64,000 bases of DNA, from the NCBI RefSeq assembly GCF_035084215.1, contig NC_090353.1, positions 13,144,001 through 13,208,000 of the forward strand, given 5' to 3'. This DNA comes from Heptranchias perlo. Its lineage: Eukaryota. The position numbers were made by a program, and so were the translations under genes. This document shows, one piece after another, positions 59,182 to 64,000 of the stretch; the first letter of the stretch is position 1, and every line of letters starts with the position of its first letter. The notes under the pieces are model-generated. The model did not search any database, had not been told where the DNA came from, and worked only from the letters and a program-made list of their open reading frames with translations.

Positions 59182-59849
59182 GTAACACTGGTATTTATAC
59201 CTGCTGTCCAGCACGTAAACCCTTATCAGACTGTCAGCCTGCTGAACTCTTCATAACATTCAACCAAGAACGGAGTACTAAAAGTAATTGGTGTGTGTTA
59301 GGTTTGTGATCGTAGGGTAATGGCCAAAAGCAGCAGGCTTTTCTGCGTGTTCTATTTTCCCCACCCTCCTTTTTCCCCCCTCCTCCCTTTGTGCTCCAAA
59401 GGTGTTAACTTGGACGTGACTGTACAGAATGACTCCAACTGGAGCTTGTAGTTTGCAATGGTTGAGGGCAATAAATGTGTAAAAGGTGAGAGTCAGGCGA
59501 GGCCTGTCTGTTTCAGACCTGTCCATAAAGAACCTAAACCGTCATTGTATAAGACTGCCCCAAACATTTACACTGTAAATATCCTGCAGCAGTTCATTGC
59601 CTTGTTTTTTTTTATATTGCGTGAGACCAGAGACCCATGATAGAGGTGCCAGCTCCTGCTGTATGGGTAACTTGTGCAGCTGGCTGCAACCCAAAAATAA
59701 AATTGCCGGCCTTAACAAAACCCACCAAGTTTGCTTTTGGGTTGGAGCCAGCTGCAAGGGAACCAGCACCACAAGCACAGGTCTTATTATAATGTAAAAG
59801 CAGCTTTTACTTTTCTATTTCGTAAGTGCCAACAGGGGAGATAGGCTAC

Positions 59850-60225
59850 AAATTGGCCTTGCACTTAGTGAGTAAACACACCACGTGTTGTGGTACTGAA
59901 CCACACGGCTGATGAAGATCTCCAGTTTGATCCTTGGTCTGCACTGAGTTTGACCTTCGCTGGAATGGTGATAGTACTTTACAGTTGGTCTCCTCCGTGC
60001 CCCTGAGCTAGGAACAATGGGTAAGGTAGAATCAGCTTGGTTCCTACTGCTCATCACTATCTCGTGACCCATTGCTGTGGACATTGGATGAGGGAAGGAT
60101 CAGACTCAGCTGTGATTCTCATCACTACTGAATAACCTGTCAATATGTACTGTGTGGGCTCACACATGAAGGATAGCCACCTGGGCGAAATACTAGAGAA
60201 GGCCTGGAGAGTGGAACTGTACCTG
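59850..60225 (+). mobile_element. LF-SINE-like element in FSD1 intron 2
   Basis: tttgatccttggtctgcactgagtt, ggttcctactgctc, ggctcacacatgaaggatagccacctgggcga, gtggaactgtacc. Confidence 0.6.
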
Positions 60226-62466
60226 ACGGAGAAAGATGACTTAGCAGTGAGCAGCTTCAGCATTTTTGCTATATGTTTGGGGCAGTCTTGTCTCGGTCTC
60301 ATCTCTCCGTTTCAGCCATGCCCAACAGGATTCAGCTGACCAGTGTTTCTTAACACATTAACTGCACACAAGAACTGCAACATTACAAATCACAGCACCT
60401 TCACAAGAGGAGTGGAGAACTTTTAGAAAGTAATCATAAGTCTGTTTGAATGCACATTCGTGCAAGTATGTCTGCATGTTGCGTTCTCTGCTTAATCTAC
60501 TGAAGGGAGTGAATTGATTAAAGACTGTGCTCCCAGGCAGAACGAGCAGAGTGTTAATGCTGCTGAATTTCGGCCTTCATGTGCATACTGGCGTAAAATC
60601 CCTGTTCTCTTTCTCCTGGGACCAGCAACATGCCAGTAACATTCAACATTATAAACAAATAGGCAGTATTAAACTAGCAGGTGCTGGGATGGTGTGGCAT
60701 GGTGTTCCCATCTGTCAGTGATCAGCATCAGAGGCATTCTTAACTAATACGTTTATCCTTTAACTGTCTCCAGACTGGTCACACCAATCTTATCTCCAGT
60801 TCTGGTCGCCTGTCTGTGCCAAGTTAGTTGATCTCAGCCAGGACAGTAGTGGGAGTGCTACAGTTTTCTTTTTGTCCAGACAGAGCCTTGGTTTAAGGTA
60901 TCATCCGAAAGATGACTCCTCCAACAGTGCAGCACGCCCTCAGTGAAGGGTTAGTCCGGATTATGTGCTCGGGTCTCTGGAGTGGGGCTTGATCCCATGA
61001 CCTTCTGACTCAGTGGCGAGAGTGCTAGCACTCCTTCAAATACATATCCAATTCTCTCAAGGTTTTTTACATTATCTGCTTCCCTAAGTTATCCATTCCA
61101 CATACCTGCGTAAAAGTAGTTAAATCTATACGATCTGTGCACATTCCCTCTTCTAAGCTTGAGCCATGTTCACTGGTCCTAGAATTTTTGATAATCCAGA
61201 ACATGTTATTGAGTTCAGTTTATCTGTTCTCTTGAGAATCTTGAATAATATCTTTCCTCAGCCTTCTCTTCAGAGTAAATAACCTCGGGGTCTATAACCT
61301 CCCCTCGTAGTTCAGATGCCTTAAGCTTAGTATCTGTTTGCTTGCCCTTTTCTGAACTGACCCCACAGCCTCTTTATTCTTGCTGTAGTATGGTAACTAG
61401 AATTAACCTCCGTACACCAGGTGAGGCCATACCAGCGCTTCGTGCAACAACAACTTGCATTTATATAGCACCTTTAACGTAGTAAAACGTCCCAAGGCGC
61501 TTCACAGGAGCGTTAGCAAACAAAATTTGACATGGAGCCACATAAGGAGATGTGAGGCCAGGTGACGGGTAGGTTTTAAGGAGTGTCTTAAAGGCGAAGA
61601 GAAGTGGAGAGGTTTCGGGAAGGAATTCCAGACCTTAGGGCCTAGGCAGCGGAAGGCATGTTCTGTTTGGTTTGCCTGTTCACTATTGCAGACTCATTAT
61701 CACCTCCTGGAATTTGTGCTCTATCCCTCTACCTGTAGATCTGGTTGGCTTTCCTTACTGCTGCTACACACTGCGCTGTTTGTTTCAGTGAGCTATCCAC
61801 CAGTATGCCCAGATCCCTCTTCTGTGTTGTACCATGGAGCCTAGAGCCATTTAATTTATAGTCCCACTGTTTGCTTTCCTTCTCATTACCTTGCATTTAT
61901 CAACATTAAATGCCATTTGCCACTTATTGGCAAACTTTCCCAACCTATCCAGATCCCTTTATGTTGGGTTTGCCTGTTCACTACTATTAGAACCCCTCTA
62001 CCCCACCCTCCGTTTAATGTTATCTGCAAAATTTAGGTAGCTTTCTTTCTGTCCTTGAATCCAAGTCATATGTACACTGTGAACAGCAATGGCCCAGTAT
62101 TGATTTTTGTGGTAGCCCACTAGTGTCATCTTGCCATGTCACTGCAGCTCCGTTCACAGCCACCTTTTTGCTTTCTTTGGGTTGGCCAATTTACAATCCT
62201 TTTCACTTTGGAAAAAGAACTTGTGTAGCTGGTTCGCATATTTTGAGCCAGGTTTGAATTTCCCATTGGATAATATGCTGTGACATTGCACGGTATACTA
62301 TTGAGTGCCATCATGGCTTGAGACAATTGGCACTCATTGATTGAAGAAAAATGCATGTCAGTGGTGCAACTGGCATTTTTAAATAGATGGAGTTTACCTG
62401 TGCTTTAGGGAGGGAAAATCACCCCAGGGTTCCTGCTGCCGATCACTGTCCAGCGAGCCCTTTTGG

Positions 62467-62938
62467 AAACATAGGAACAGGAGTAGGCCATTCAGCCCCT
62501 CGAGCCTTTCCATCATTCATTTATATCATGGCTGATCTGTACCTCAATTTCATTTATTTATCTTTGCTCCGCAATCCTTGATACCCTTACCTATCAAAAC
62601 CCTATCGATCTCTGTCTTGAAAATTTCAATTGACCCAGCATCCACAGCTTTTTGGGGGAGTGAGTTCCAGATTTCCACTACTCCTTGTGCCAAAAAGTGC
62701 TTCCTGATTTCATTCCTAAAAGCTTAAGATTGTGTCCTCTGGATTCCCCAGCAGAAGAAATAGTTTCTCTGTATTTACCCTATTGAATTTCATTATCATT
62801 TTAAATATCTCAATTAGATCACCCCTTAATCTTCTAAACTCATGGGAATACAAGCCTAGTTTATACAACCTGTCCTCATAATTTAACCCTTCAAGCCCTG
62901 GTATCATTCAGATGAATCTGCGCTGTATCCTTCCAAGG
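62467..62938 (-). mobile_element. CR1 3' fragment inserted into an LF-SINE-like element
   Basis: aacataggaacaggagtaggcc tail; MIPGLEGLNYEDRL..RRLRGDLIE. Confidence 0.8.
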
Positions 62939-63089
62939 CGTGCATGTATGGATGTGGGATGAGGACAGAATTGGCTTGGCTGTAATGCCCTCTATAGTAG
63001 AACAGCTTGTGTTGCACCATACCTCAGCAAGTAGTCAAACCTCTGAGGGATGAGAATGCTTAGAATTCAGTAGGTCCAGCGAAATTGCA

Positions 63090-63405
63090 GTGTTCTGGCC
63101 TCTTGTTCATTCTCACCTCTTGCACATTCCCTACTTTAATTGTCCCACCATTGGTAGCCGTGTCTTCAGCTGCCTAGATCCTAATCTCTGGAATTCCCTC
63201 CCTAAATCTCTCCGCCTCTTTACCTCTTTCTCCTGCTCTAAGGCTCTCCTTAAAACTTACTCTTTGACCAAGCTTTTGGTCACCTGTCCTAAAATCTCCT
63301 TATGTGGCTCGGTGTCAAATTTTGTTTGATAACGCTGCTGTGAAGCGCCTTGGGACATTTTACTACGTTAAAGGTGCTATATAAATGCAAGTTGTTATTG
63401 TTGTT
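63090..63405 (+). mobile_element. L2-clade LINE 3' end
   Basis: Same tail as 39350-39630. Confidence 0.7.
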
Positions 63406-63529
63406 AGGACGGTCAGTCTCTTAAATTTTCTGCTCTTGCACTGTAACACTGAAACAAATGCTAATACATGTATAGTAATAAATATACTCCAGCAAAAGGG
63501 ATGTTTATTACTGTGCACTACATAACTAA

Positions 63530-63942
63530 GGACTTGCATTTATGTAGCACCTTATCATGTCTCGTAAATGTTCCTAAACACATGCAATGTCACTGATATG
63601 TAGGTGAACACAGCAGCCAATTTGCATGCAGCAAGATCCCACAAAGAACAATGAGATGACTAGCCAATTAATCTATTTTTGATGATGTTAGTTGAGGGGG
63701 GAATGTTGCTTCGGACACTGGAGAACATAACTCTTTGGATAATTCCATGGGATCTTTAACATCTACCTGAAACGCCAGAGCAGCGTCTTGGTTTTACATC
63801 CCATCCAGAGGACAGCACCTTTGACAATGTAGAACCGTCAGTACTGCACTGGGGTGTTAGCCTGTTATATGCTCATGTTTTGGTGTGGGGCTCGAACCCA
63901 CAACCTGCTGATTGGTGAGAGTGCTACTAACTGATCCAAGCT
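63530..63942 (-). mobile_element. Deu-domain SINE
   Basis: Reverse-complement similarity to other copies. Confidence 0.65.
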
Positions 63943-64000
63943 GGCATTTCAAAATATACAAATTAAATATGCACTTCAACCATTCTAAAAGCACAAGTTT

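Overview
Vertebrate genomic DNA, most likely from a shark or other cartilaginous fish, judged by the DeuSINE/SacSINE-like SINEs, LF-SINE-like SINEs, CR1 LINEs and Penelope elements. The first ~54 kb is transposon-packed intergenic sequence. It is followed by the promoter and first two coding exons of FSD1 on the + strand (54506-54523 and 59086-59181). The main feature is a set of PIF/Harbinger DNA transposons. One looks fully intact (20024-24227): a DDE transposase plus a convergent 3-exon Myb/SANT gene with a coiled coil and AT-hook-like motif. A second is near-intact (33065-37249), with one premature stop in its Myb gene. A third is internally deleted (42800-45171), and its deletion joins the SANT exon in frame to the AT-hook tail. 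There is also an older relic (18324-27580) and MITE-like derivatives. Their TSDs are mostly non-canonical (ATT, ATG, ATA, TAT, TTA), and they sit inside other repeats, in one case five layers deep. Also present: two Penelope-like elements with long TSDs and minimal hammerhead ribozymes, a 2.5-kb 22-bp minisatellite with higher-order structure split by a solo LTR, and probable non-autonomous Helitron ends upstream of FSD1. All calls were made by eye without database searches. Coordinates of old, decayed repeats are approximate.
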